DNA of 64,000 nt, from contig CT868011.1 of NCBI GenBank assembly GCA_000165425.1, positions 124,001 to 188,000 on the forward strand. Reading direction: 5' to 3'. This document shows, piece after piece, positions 24,104 through 43,018 of this stretch. This DNA comes from Paramecium tetraurelia (lineage: Eukaryota). The position numbers were made by a program, and so were the translations under genes. The notes beneath the pieces were generated by a model, which was not told where the DNA came from, searched no databases, and saw only the letters and a list, made by a program, of their open reading frames with translations. Position 1 is the stretch's first letter. The number at the start of each line of letters is the position of its first letter.

Positions 24104-27100
24104 TCATTATAGCTTCTTGAGTAATGATAATGTATGTTACTCAGTGAGTACTTCAATCGGCAAATTAGTTAAGATTAATCTTAATTCTATCAGTCTTTGA
24201 TTGGTTCTATGTATCCAACAACCATAAAATAAAAAATGAATCGATATGAGGAGCAAACCAGTTACTAAATAATAAGTATACATCAAATTTAGATCATTTT
24301 AAGTTATGCTTAATACGGATTTCAGTATAGTATCTACAAATAGGTTGGTTCCATCTGTAGTATCTAGAAAGTGTTCAATCAAGGTGTTTGTAAATTCCCT
24401 TGTATTAAATAATTCTAGCACAACAGATAAATCTGGGTAATAATCAACTTAGTTTGTTTCATAATAATAGTTTTATTTGAAGAATTAATCTAATTTGCTC
24501 ACAACTCCTTAAATGCCTTTGCTTAAATAATCTCTATTATCATCTAAACGAGTTGGTGTTCCATATTTTTCATTAAAATTGGTTGTATTGTCATAATTGC
24601 AGAAGGGAATATCTTAACTCAACAACTCGCAAAAGTCATTTGAGAATAACATTAATAATGTGTTTTCATCAGCATCTGTGATTTTATTGGATTCAATTAT
24701 ATTTTCATAAATTTAAGTGATATTTTCAAAATAGATCGAATAAAGGGAAATGAAGATCTTAATTATTACTCGTTAGTCTCTAAAGGTCTCTATTTCTTCA
24801 TCTGAATAAATATTCAAATCAACTAATTTGTTATATAGAATTGGTTAAGTCTTTGTAATGAATGCTGTACTAACTACGATATCTAGTTGAGAAGTAAAAC
24901 GAATAAAGCTGAGTGTCAATTATTAGGTAGGTAATAAATCGCTCTACTATTATTTAAATAATAAAAAGCCCCCTAATAGAAAAAAAAGAAAGATAATGCA
25001 AGTTATCGTAATGATAATAGTTGCACTCCAAATGCTAGTATTTGTATTATTAATTTTTGAGTTGAGCACTACATTTAGGTTTTTTTTATAGTTTTTTCTA
25101 TCTTCAATCATATGATTCATCTTAATTGTTGATCCACCAACTTAAGATAATTGATACTCTTTAAGCACTCTAGATTATGTTTACATAGTATCAATCCCTA
25201 TTTAATTTAAGGGAAAGAAAAGCAATTTGTAATAGTTTTACTTTTTCCATCCATATTTTCCAGATAATTACTTTAATGTTTCTGTAACTGCTGTAAATCT
25301 GGTTATCATCTCTTATGCTTAACTCAATTACAATCTTCCAACTAGTATCAATATTTATTAGCTATATTATTCTATTTATTTCCAATAGATCAATTAAAAT
25401 ATTATTACTAAAATCAAGAATAGTATTTCTATAATAATCTAAGTTTAAAATTCTTCAATCTGGCTTTATTGCTACTCAAAAAATAGTTCATTAAGCGAAT
25501 CTATCAATTAAAAGTTCATGTTCACTACATTTTTTAGATTATATCTAAGCATCAATAAATTATCTAAATAATTACGATCAATCAATTAAACCAAAGTCTT
25601 TATGTTGTATTTAAGTGCTTGAAACAAAGTGTCGGCCACATTAGAAATGATATTGATAAAATAAGTATATGTAACATTTTCATTGTCTTGATACAGAAAA
25701 TCTAAGTTGATTGAACTGAGCATCCCAGATTATTCAATTCCAATAAAAGTATCGTACATATTCCGTAAATTATCGAAAATAATTGAGGCTAAGTCTGCCA
25801 TTTGCGAGATTGTTTAAGTTATCAAATAATCGCTGCTTTCAATAATTCCAAGACTGTTGAAAACCAAACTCCAAGTGTAGGTGAAGACCTTAAAAAAATA
25901 CCTATTAAATAATGTTGGTCCATTGATGTTTGAGAGAGTTAACTAAGTTTAATTGTTGTAAGAAGTAATCATCATTAAATGAGCAATAATATAGGTAGAT
26001 ACTATCAGTATGATAATAATATTGATAATGACCAGAACTCTTAAACTATTAGTCATTTCTGTTTTTGATTAAAATTTCTTAATTGTAGATATTGCAGATA
26101 TCCCTGAAGTTCCAGAAGTAATGCTTGATTTTGATTTCTTGGCTTCTCTTTCTAAATCTTCATTTTTCTAATTTAATCTATTATTTTGTAATATTTCCAT
26201 AAGATTATTGCTCTTTTAGTTTTGATCCTTACTATTACTTTTGACTTTTGATGAATCAGCAACCTCAATCTCATTTCCTATATCATCATTCCCTAATTCC
26301 AATTGATTCTATAAATCCATAAAGTCCTTATCTATCAATTCCTACATATGCTGTTATTTAGAAGATGGACTTATGAAATTGATTCTTTAAGATAAGGGTC
26401 CGTAACTTATACTATCTCTTGCCGATTCCATTCCCAATAAGTCCATATAATTCTATTATACTTGATTCTTCCCCTCATATTTACTCAAAAGTCTTGCAAA
26501 TCCAGGTTGGTGTTACTTAGACATATGAGGTGTAACCTCCTCTTTATCTACGTTTAATGATCCCAAATAACTTTCACTTGGATCTTAAAAGGTATGCATA
26601 TTGCCTTTGTTTGTAGTCTAAATTGAAAAAGTATGTTGATTATTCATAAGGGATTCGTTAGTCTTAAATAATTCATCAGCCTTCCTCAAATCATTTATTT
26701 CCAAAATAAAATAACTCCTCCTGTTTTCCTTTTTTCCTATTATTTTGTACACTATATTAATTTTAGCAATATACTGTTACTTAGCTTTACTCTAAACATA
26801 ATTTATATTACTTTACTTCTAACACTTGTAATGAATTCATTAATTAACTATTGAATGTACCATTGTAGATTGTTAATGCTTACAAGATGGAAACCCCTTT
26901 CAACTTTTTTGTGTCACTTACAGACTACCCTAATTATTAATATATTTGAATATCTGCCTTTCCTTTCTCGATTGAAGCAAAAGAGGCTCGAGATTTAAAT
27001 AAACTACTATCATTGATAAATGAGTTCTATTTTGATGAATAACCCAGCTTAATTGACATCTCATATAAGTCTTTATTATTGTTATACTTCCAGATTTTAT

Positions 27101-29498
27101 AAAACTTGTCTTACTAAATATATATAGATTCCTTTCCAAATTAGTTCTTTAACTCATTCAATATCTCCATCATATTCGGAATTATTAAAAAAGCATTTAA
27201 CTGACTTAAATTTTCATGTAATATTCTATATGATTGATCCTTAGAATTGATAATAGTGGAATTAAAATTCTCAGTCGCCCCGATTAGAAATCCATCTTCC
27301 CCAAATAGTAAATAATCTGATGATTTCTTCACTTAAGAGAGACAACCAATCAAAACATAGTCATCTAATTCGCTAAAATTGTTATCAAATTTAAGTTAAT
27401 ATGAAACGAGCATCCCCTCTTTTGATTAGCCAAAGACTTAATTGTAATCGTCAAAGAATTGTGACTTTGCAGTTTACAAATAATTTAATAGTAATTTATC
27501 GTGTCTCTCTGCAAAAAAGGGGGGCATTAGTCCTGATATATTGTCAATCTAGGCAAATTCCTGTTCACTATAATTAAAAAACTAAGACATCATCTTCTTA
27601 TCTTGATTGATTATCCTGCCTCTATTCTTAACTAAACTTAACATCAAAATAACTGCCCTTTCTTAAATAAAGGATAGATTTGTTAATGTATCTTCTTATA
27701 GCGTATGCTCAATATTATAGACTTCAGTGATGGCTGTTTCACACATTTAAGTGCTATAATAATCATTCATTATAGAACTACAGAAAATGGATATCAACTT
27801 CAAATCCTACACATTATTTGAAATTGACAGATGATCCAGATTCTTAATATCAATTGAACAATATTAATTTATTTGATTAGCCAAATTAAATATTTTTTTA
27901 CTTTAATTTATCGCTAGTCGTTCTAATTCGTATATATTATTAAAGCCTTTAATTTGTCTATTCCAAAAACTAATCTTATCATTTAGTAACTCAATCACTC
28001 TGGGAATAAATTGATCCTGAAATTAGAGAGCTTCAAAAATTGATTCAATGCTCAATTGTCTTTCAGTAATAGCCACTTTTTATTATCCAAACAATTGTTG
28101 ATTGGCTTATTATTGACTTTTTATTAAAGCTTAAAGATAGATGCTCATTTGATATCTAATGTTAACGAAGTAAAAAGACTAAATTTATTACTTGCTTTGA
28201 TATCGCTTCAATTCCACATAGGCTAAGAGCGGCTTTTTGCAGAATATAGCTACATAACTTATATACAAGAGTTATAATTCTTCGTAAGTCGATTTCGAAT
28301 CTTATTATGCTCTTTCTAATTCTGTGTTTAAGATGCAAAATATGGTTTGATGTGTTCTCTAGATTTAATTGTAATCTGTTCTGTAATTCTACTTAAGCCA
28401 ATGTTTTTAACAAACTACTTTGTGTCCTTTCCAATATAAATATAATTCAAAGAACTCCTTGTTTTTTTAGTTTTCATTAGTAATCAAGTATTTGAAGTGC
28501 ATTTCCTAAGTGTAATGAATACAAGTGAATGGAGTTACTTCGCTATCGAAGACCGATAAACATTTCATATTGTAGAACTAATAACTTAAATGGAATGCCA
28601 TGAGACCCAATAACATTATCACATATACTAATTGATCCTCCTGGAATATTTATTCATTATTGGTTAGGATGTTTATGGTTAATATGATTAGGATTGCTAT
28701 GAGAGTAAAATTAAATGAAAATTATAATTAATTGATCTAAGGAATTGATGGCTTCATAAAATATGAATCGGATAATCTCAATAATAATTGCAGGAATAAT
28801 ATTAGTATTTAAGTATATTGAACTATTGTATCATAATCAACTAGGTACAAAATTGTTATTAAAATTGAGAAACAGTATTAAATTGATTGCAGTCCATTAA
28901 ATTTTTGTTATAAATAATTAAAAGGTACAAATGTATACGCTCTCAAAAAATATTGCTACAAAAATACAAAGATTGAGAATATAAACAGTGTTATTAGACT
29001 CAAAACACTTTTTACATTAAAAATTGTTTACTCTTAATTAAAATTGGTTCGTCCTATTGTGATAAATGAAATTAGAATAAAAAGGATTGGCAATTAAAAT
29101 ATAGTAGTACTAAGTACAAAGAAATAAAAAATAAATTTCCTAAGTGAATAATGTTAATGAGGATTTATATCATCCTGTATTCCTAGGATTACTAAGATAG
29201 CGATAATTGTCACAAAAGTGATAAGAAGTAGAATCACAAAACCAAATGCCACATCTCCAAAATTAAAATTAGATTCAAAACCATAAGGTATGATAAGTGA
29301 AGCTTAAGCAAGCTTCGATAACAGGTAAAAGTGTCCATTGCTGTAATGCCACAAATTCCAACCACTTATTGGTAACATAATGGCTAGGTATTAAAGATTG
29401 ATAATAAAAGCAACAAAGATGACCCAGAACTCAGAGGGTTGGGTATTATGAGGTAAATGCGCTAAACATGACAACTATTCAAATATTATAAATTTCAT
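24104..29498 (-). CDS. Large multipass membrane protein with a central PAS domain (TmcB/TmcC-like ciliate family)
   Basis: N-terminal hydrophobic helices (29498 to ~28550); PAS-like RAVILMLSLVKNQGRIINQDK...FFNYS...ISGLMPPFFAERHDKLLLNYLQTAKS...VFGQSKEGMLV; further TM segments near 26000, 25000 and 24250; TGA 24104-24106. Confidence 0.85.
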
Positions 29499-30324
29499 AA
29501 AAATAATGATAATTTAACAAAATAAACAACATTATCTATAAATTAATTCCTTATAACTTGATTTTATTTCGATTCTGGAGAAGATGTAAAAATTTGGATT
29601 ATTTAATATTTCATATTGTGAAAATAAAGTATATTTAAATAATATTGAAACTATAAACATAAAAGAATAAGGTATGATTGCTATTTAATAAGTGAACTAA
29701 TATTATTTTGATCTTAATTTATATTTTTATTTCATTCATATTGTTAATGTGGTTAATATTAACGTTATTATGTTTACCCTTATTAAAGTGCAATAGATAA
29801 ATTGATAATCCTAATATTTATCAGCTATTTAATGGACTCATCAATTATAATTTAGTATCCTTTACAACTGAGCTTATTAATTATCAAAAATATGATTATT
29901 TTTATTTTTTGTGTTATGTTTTTTGCCAACCAACTAATATAGTAATCTAATTATTGCGACAAAAGTAATTTGCACTTTTCAATCAATTTAAGAGTTTCAA
30001 AATTTGCAAAGCATGCATACTAGTGGGTTCGTCTAAATTATATTATTATATTTTTCGGTTATTTCCATATTCCAAATCATCTACTTAATAAAAATCTGAT
30101 CATAATTTGATATTGTTGATTTAAGGGGCTGAGCATAACAGTATTAATTCTCTTGAATGAATTAAATGCAAATTCAACTGGTTTTGAAAAGAGTACAATG
30201 AAATCAAAACCTCTTAAATATGCTTAATGAGTTATTTAGATTTTGAACTCGCTTCTTATTTTTTCCGCGATTGTCTATTATGAGTTTGTTTTGAACGTAT
30301 TTTCGTTTTTTTTTAATAATATTA

Positions 30325-31476
30325 ATGAAAGTTATTGTTTTCATCGCTCTTTTGACATGCATTTTAGGTCAGCAACCTGAGATGTTAGAGCAAATAGCAT
30401 AAAATAGTTTTGGTAGATAAATTTTGTAAACAATTTAATTGGAACTCACTTAAGAGTATAAACATTTTGAATTACAATAGAAATGCAGCCAGATAAATTT
30501 ATACCATGCTTAACAAACTATTTTATGATCTAAGAGATGAAGATGCTCGTTCAAGCAAAGCAAATGGAGAAAGATAAACATAATGCGCTGATCAATTTGC
30601 ATCAATCAATTCAATTTAAGAAAAGGCTGTTGTTGCAAAGGCTGATTATGAAAGATAAATCCCAGGGAAATAAGAAGAGTTAGCAAATAAAGTAGCATAA
30701 GTTGAATAAAAAAATGCTGAGATCTAAAGAAATGATTAATTATAAATAAACTTTTCAGAGCAAAGAAGAAAAGAACATGAAGCTTATGAACACAAGAGAG
30801 ATGAACTTATTGGTTTAATCAATGGTTTAAAATAAGCATAATAAATTATTAGATAATTATAAACTCCTCATCCTGGAGGTGCTCTTGTTCAATTGAAGGA
30901 TCATCATGAACAATTATGTATCTAGTTCCTTCTATCTAAGTAAAATCATATGCTGCCAATTCAGAATTCAAAAGTATGGCCTCATTATTAATGGAATTGT
31001 GCACAGATACTAAAATACATTCTGATAATGACAATGTTTAAGTTATTGTTGACATCATCAACGACCTAATTGAAAGCATTTACGATGTGCAAAAGAGAGA
31101 AATGTATGCAGAAGATTGGGCTGAAAAGTTCTTCGAATAAGATTTGTATCTATTATTATTCAAATTTAGACTTCGATTTTCAAAAGAAAATGTTAGATTG
31201 TCAGGTTAAATTGCTGATGATCAGGCAGCTGCTGAATTTGCTTAATAAAGATTGGAGGATCTACAACAATAGACTCTGCTTTAATAAATTATTTATGATA
31301 ATAAGGAGGTAGAGAGAAAGTCTTTTGAAGTAGCTTGCAAAGAGGATAGCAATGCTGCTGAATAGGCTAGAGTCTCAAGAAACGAATAAATTCAAATTGT
31401 ACTTCAGTTATTGGAATTATTTGAAAATAATTTCAATGACAGAACCAGAGCAGCACTTCTTTAAATAGTTGTATGA
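30325..31476 (+). CDS. Trichocyst matrix protein (TMP/GRL family) precursor
   Basis: Signal peptide; EQIAQNSFGRQILQTIQLELT; two coiled-coil halves each with a Cys (QTQCADQ, FEVACKED); central ALVQLK; RRKEHEAYE; three tiny introns. Confidence 0.85.
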
Positions 31477-31512
31477 AACAATAAACAAAGTTAAAAACAT
31501 ATATTATATAAA

Positions 31513-31905
31513 TCAAGATAAAGTTTATGATTATAGCATGAGTCCTTTCCTTGATTTTTTCTCAAAGAAGGTTGTAGTCCTGCAAAATGAGACCTTTTTT
31601 GAGCTGCTTGCTGAACTACCACCTGACCCATGAGATTTCGCTGTTACTTATTTCAAAATTCCTTTTCCATTTCTCGATCTTTTTTTCTCCGTTGACTGAG
31701 AATCTTCACTTTCATTATTGTCAAGCACTTCGTATTCAAAAACACTATCTAGTACAGTATATGATGGAATTTCTATTATTTCTAATTATTTTCCAATAAT
31801 ATTTTTCACTATTGGGCTGTTAATTACTATTTTCTTTGATACTTCACTTGATAAATTAGTATTGAGTGTCTCCATATCTATTTTATTCATACAGCACGAT
31901 CCCAT
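31513..31905 (-). CDS. Small (130 aa) N-myristoylated/palmitoylated protein with GILK and RVxF-type motifs
   Basis: Intronless frame: MGSCCMNK...RNGKGILKQVTAKSHGSGGSSASSSKKVSFCRTTTFFEKKSRKGLMLQSQTLS-TGA. Confidence 0.8.
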
Positions 31906-33107
31906 TTTACAAAAATATTACAATTTTATAAATTAAAATAATTATCGTGGATCCTCTTATTGAAATTAAAAATTTATCGAATAACACCTGTTTTTCGATT
32001 AAAATTAACGCCTTCATCTCTAGCAAAGCTTGTTGAATTGCTATCATTTTCATTATTCGAAAAAACCTTCTACTGTTTTTGCCTTATCACCCTGAAATGT
32101 TCTAGAATTAATTAAATATTTATATTGTATCTAAACTAAATTGATGGCCATAACTTTTATTAATAATAAATACTTATATCAAACTATGAATGTAAAGTTT
32201 GATCTAAATGATCTCAAAACTATTTTTATTCATTCATTCATTTATTATTATTATTATTAAATATATACTGATTCTATTAAATTATATTTGAATTGCATTA
32301 TTAAGATATCCAAAAAATCTATAGAAAAATACCTTAATTTACCAAGAATAGAATACTTTAAGAACCTTATTAATCAAGTTCCTATCATTATAAACCTTGA
32401 TGAATATTTTGAAATTAAATTGATTTAGGATTTATCTAAATATTTTACTCATATTTTTATTAAATTTACTTTATCAATTTCGTAAATAGAAAATCCGATA
32501 AGCCATTCTTACAATTCTATTACATTTATTATTTATTTTATTATTCTTTCTTCCAAATACTTTAAAAATATGTAAAATTCTCTGGTAAGGATTCCAAAGT
32601 AAATTTATTATTTTGTTAATAATTTTGTATTCATTATTGATTAAATGTTACTATACAATTTGCTAATTTTTTCGATTATATTACAATCTAATTTATTAAT
32701 ATTATTGTTTAACTAGTCCCTATGAGTTCTTATTATAAGATTTAATCCTATTTAAATATCTACATGTATGATTATTAAATAATCAAAATTATTAGATTCT
32801 TTGATAGCTTAATTATCATACTTTAAAATTATTTTGCAATCTTTAACTTTCTATTTCAATATAAATTTATTTAGTGCCTTAAATTGTCACTATTTCAGAT
32901 TTTCAGTAATTTTTTTACAATTGTTATTATAGTACCAATATTATGAGACAGAAATACATTCCTTTTTTTTTACTGTTATTTAAAGATATATCTCAAGTTT
33001 AGAGGAATTGTATTTGATAGTTATATCTATTCCAAATACCTTATAAGTATTGGTCATATAATGTAATTTTATATTCATTTCTAATTATTATTTATTTTAT
33101 TTGTTAA

Positions 33108-34663
33108 TCAATCCAATCCAGGAACAGGGAATTGAGAACTGAATGACACAACATCTTTCTTTAGTTTTTGTATATCAGGATGTTAGTCACCATTCTTAGC
33201 CAACCAATCTTTGAAATCTTGAACTTTTGGTCCAGCTTCTCCCTTCACCTTTTAAGCTATAGCCACACCTCTATCAATGAAATCAGCTATTTGTGCAAAT
33301 TCATCTTAGTTAACTCCTCTGGATGTCATAGGTACTGATCTATTCATAGAATTATTGACTATTACCCCATTCTCAATCCATTTGGTACCAAAGCTGACTT
33401 ATCCTTTGGAACAGTATTCTTATTTACAGAGATATTGACAGATTATAAAATGGATTCCACTCTTGCACCATCAATTGATTTAGGTTTTAAATTGACCAAT
33501 ACCAAGTGATTGTCAGTTCCTCCTGAAACCAAAGAAAAGTCTTAGAATAAATTAGAATGAATACTTCTCTTCAATAATTCATCCGCCAATTTCTTGCTAT
33601 TCGATAGGACATTCTTTTAATAGTTCTTGAATTCAGGAGTTTTGGCTTCTTCCAATGCTACAGCTATGCTTGTAATAGTGTGGAAATGGGGACCTCCTTA
33701 CAATCCAGGGAAGACAGCTTGGTCAATTTTGGTTTTAAGATCATAATTGATGGGTTTTCCAGTCTTATCAATTTCTTTTTGACCAACTCTATAGAAGATA
33801 AGACTTCCTCTTGGTCCTCTCATTCTAAAGGATAATATGGGGATGGATACGATTTGTGAGTTGTAGTCATAACAACATCTGCATATGGGAATGGACTTGG
33901 TAATTATTCAGCTGCCATCATGCCTGCTGTATGTGAAATATCAGCCAATAAGTAGGCTTTGACACTATCGCAAATTTTTCTAATGGCTTGAAAATCTATA
34001 ATCCTTGCATAAGCAGATGCTCCTGCAACTATTAATTTGGGTCTGAAGGCCTTTGCCAAAACTTCCAATTATTCGTAATCTATAAGTTCTGTTTCCTAGA
34101 TAGTTTCTTGATTGCTTCTTACCTCATTTAATCTGTATGGCATGACTTCAAAGTAACTGGATACAGCGGAAACCTTTTTGGTCTCAGTTTGATACCCATG
34201 TGATAAGTGACCTCCATGTGGAAGATCCAAACTCATAATTCTATCTTTAGGTGAGAGCAACCCTGTATAGATTGCAAAATTGGCAGGAGCTCCTGACAAC
34301 ATTTGAACATTAACACCCCATTCATTAGAATTCAAATTGAAGGCATTAAGGGCTCTTTATTGACAGAGTAATTCCACTTTATCATACACTTGTGTTCCTC
34401 CATAATATCTGGCTCCAGGGTAACCTATTGTTCGAGATGTACATCTTTGTACCTTCTGCATATTTGGTTGACATGACAGAACCCAAAGCTTCGAGGACTG
34501 CCTTCGAGCTGTGGTTTTCGGATGGAATCAAATTGATACTTTCTCTTTGTCTTTTGATTTCCTCTTGGATGAGACCATATATAGTAGGATCAGCCTGATT
34601 CAAGGTTAATCTCTATCTTGGGACTAATCTGGAGAAACGAAACAATGAGGTGTATAATTACAT
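33108..34663 (-). CDS. SHMT: Serine hydroxymethyltransferase, probably mitochondrial
   Basis: Arg/Ser/Leu presequence [65 protein letters not shown] (PLP Lys); [30 protein letters not shown]. Confidence 0.97.
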
Positions 34664-34830
34664 TAATAATAATTTAGTAAGTGACGAACTAATATTAAAT
34701 TTAAATTGTGATAGCAATAGTCATTATATGGTCGTATTGTTATGAATGATCAATATAAATTCAAATATCTATTCATATATTAAATAATTGTCAGATCTAG
34801 GAAATACAATCAAAATAAATGAAAAAATCG

Positions 34831-36105
34831 TCATTATCCTTCTTGATCCTTTGGCATTATTTCATTTTGAATTTGAATGTTCTCATCTAACTATTCAAAA
34901 TCCATGTCCTGATTGCTAATTTCAGGTTCAGAATTGGCCTTCTCGTAGGTTTGGTCTGATTGTTTGGCGATAAGCAGTTGACCAAATTAAGTCAAGGGAT
35001 TGGATGGTATTGAACTATATCTAATGAGTGTAGTGTTGTCATCCTCTAATTTATCCAGTTGTTCCTTAATTGTGAAGAGACCCTTCTTTGGTAATCTTTT
35101 GATGGAGTTAAGTCTAGGTTTATCGGTAGTATTAATTTCATTTTTTGAATTCTCATTATTGTGCAATAGTTTCTGTTATAGCTGTTCAATTTGCTTCTCT
35201 TTCTACTACTTCTATTTAAGTTTCTCGGCTATGAATGAGGAATATTTACCATTTTTAGTAAGATCTTCTGCTCATCATATTTCTATAGTTTTTTGGATTC
35301 TCTCCTACTATTTTGAATGAAGTAATCCAAGATCTCTGAATTCATTAGTTCTGGGTTACTCTATTTAAAGATAATTGAATACGCATAGAGTGAGTTTAAG
35401 TAGGCTTATAAATTGCACTTTCTAGTTTCAATTTCTTGAGGATCGTCATTGGTGATGCCAAATATTTTTCTTTTTGGAAATTCAGGTAGTACTATTTTGG
35501 TTTATTCCTTGAGTGCCTGATGAATGTCTCTAAGATCGGAGTATCTGGTTTTGAATCTCCATTTGGATTTGTTGAAGTTGTCAATGACTTACACGAAGTA
35601 CAAGACGAACATATCCAATTGTTGATATGAATCGATAATGAAGTTATACTATTAAAGTGGTCTATGAGTTAGGAATGAAAAAGCACCTGTCTTCCAAATA
35701 TTAAACGAGATCACTTTTGTCATCGTTGATATCGGGTAGTAATTGTTTCAAGCAAGGGAGAGAATACAGTTTGTCAATCTTTAATAGTTGATTGAAATAA
35801 TCTTGGAGATCAGATCTCTAATAATGAAATGACCATCAATTTACACGTCTTAAGATGCCCGATTCGGAGTCATTGTGACTACCAAACAATTTCTTTCCAG
35901 GAAAGGACGGTAAATTGACGGATTGTCGTAATTGCTATAGTTACTTATCGATTTTGTTATGCAGTTTTTCAGCATCCGAATATCTGAGATGTTAAACTTT
36001 GGCTGAACAATACGAATGAGATACGAATATGACTACATAGACTATCTTTTTATTGATAACTTTGTGGTGTGGGATTCTGCAACTAAATTCTTAATTTGCT
36101 AACAT
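34831..36105 (-). CDS. Tandem PX-domain protein with a C-terminal coiled coil
   Basis: PX1: HLRYSDAEKLHNKI...LPSFPGKKLFG...RSDLQDYFNQLL. PX2: KTRYSDLRDIHQALK...LPEFPKRKIFG...IETRKCNLQAYLN. Tiny introns; TGA 34831-34833. Confidence 0.85.
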
Positions 36106-36213
36106 TTTTAATCTTAAATTAATAATTGTTAATATGAATGACAATACCCAAAAACAAAATCTAATTGTTAACATAATTATATATAACATATTTCTTTATT
36201 ATGTAATTGTATT

Positions 36214-40935
<4,722 letters not shown>

Positions 40936-43018
40936 ATAAATCAAGATAATATCCTAATTCAAATACATTATTAGCATGATTTAATATATATATATACATC
41001 AATCCTCACTTTCCACTCCTTTTTCTTTCATTTTTTTATCATTCTTTTCCATCTCATGATATGCCATTTTTTCGTGTACTATTTTCGTAATCCGCAGTAT
41101 CTTTCTATTTTCCATACTTATATTTATTAATTTTATATTCCACTCACTCCATTCTTGTTCCCCCTCCTTCTCTACAAATCCTTTCTTCACTCATAAATCA
41201 TACCAACTTCAATTTCCCATTCCCACTCTTTCTCTCCCATTTTCCAGATATTTTTTATCCCATCCATGTCCATTTTCACTCTTTTTTCCATCCCAAATCC
41301 ATCTCTCCCCCTCAGCCATTATTTTATTACATATCATTCATACTAGTTTCAAGACCAATAAATCTGTTAATTCCCATATAACTTTACAGATTCATTGATT
41401 TTCCCATTTTTTTTCTCCATTTCCCCAATTCTCCAAGTTTATGTCCTTATCAAACCATTTCATGACTTTCCCAAATATTCAAGTACTTTTCATCAAAAAC
41501 GAGAATAATAGCATCAAACATGCTATTCCAAGAATTAAATTAAATCTTTGATGAAATCACCTCATAACTAATCATTATCTATAAGATATTAGCAGTTCAA
41601 ACCACCTCTTGCTCTGCCTTTAGTAATAATTAAATTTAATTATATCTTATTTATTAAACACATTTAATCATTATTCCTAATATAATAAATATTAATTGTA
41701 TTAGGAATAATCTCGCCACCCAACCTATTCCACTTCCTCCAAATCACCCAGCATCTCCATCAGACCACCCAAATTACCATGTTTATCTCACTATCATATA
41801 ATGAACTATAAACAATTCTCCATGCACTATAAATATCTTTGGTTTCCCTCTCTAGATCCCTTCCCTCATTATTAGAAGCACCTTTCTATAACTACATAAA
41901 AAATAATTATTTCGTTTACCTTCTCTAATTTTTATAACGTTTACCTCTTAAGATCGTTAATTTATTTGAATCAATTGTTTGAAATCTTAGTATCCTTAAG
42001 AAAATACAAATACTTTGGCTAAAGGCTTTTCTTAAATATAATATTATCTTCAAAATTTGGCTTTAATTTTCAAATATCTATTTTAATAAAAAAGATCGAC
42101 TTAATATTCATTAAATATTTCTTTAAGAATTACTTCCTCTGATAAGTGGATCGTCAAAGAACTCTAATACTACAATGAATTAAGTTGAAAATAAAAACTA
42201 ATACTGTAATAGATTCTTAGTATTTATCAAATAATGAATAAATAGTATTGTGTGTACTAAAGTACTATAAGCCTGATGGCAATTTAGAATGCAATCGAAA
42301 AGTTATACGAAAATTAATAGTTAGATAGAAATTCTGAAAAACTTGGGTCGTTATAAATTTTATTGTTTATTCTTACAGTAAATAAAAGATAATAGAGTGA
42401 TTTCTATTGTTTTTAATTCTTATGTATGAAGTCAAATTGAAAGGTAATAATATTCAAGTTGACGATATAATGAAAAAAGTAGTTTGAAACAAAAACAAGG
42501 AGGATTGTTTCTATTAAAATTTTTAATTACATCTTTAAATCTTCAAATTATTTGATCTCTGATATTGGTATTGAAAGGGCATATTTTAATAATCATTAAG
42601 AAGTAATTAGAGTAGACTTAAACAGACAAATTTTAATATTTAAATATAACTATCAAAGCTCAAATTATGGATAATATTCACCCTCATCCTTTGTGTTACC
42701 ATTAATAAAGTAAGATGTCTTAATTTATAAAATAATAAAAACTCTATTTATGTCCAATTATAAGAAAATTAGAAATGACATTTAATAATTATTGAATAAG
42801 ATTGCTGATTAAAGACCCAAAGATCATTATTACATGAGTAATTGAATGTCTTAATTAACATTTCTTGAATATTCAACTTTAAAAAAGAGCTTAAGATGCA
42901 TATATTAATCATTATCCACTTTCATAATAGCAATTTGAACATAGAAATAAGAAATAAATGATTTAGAATATACGTTTGCATAATTTATTGATGTCAAATA
43001 ATTTATTTCTTAGAATCA

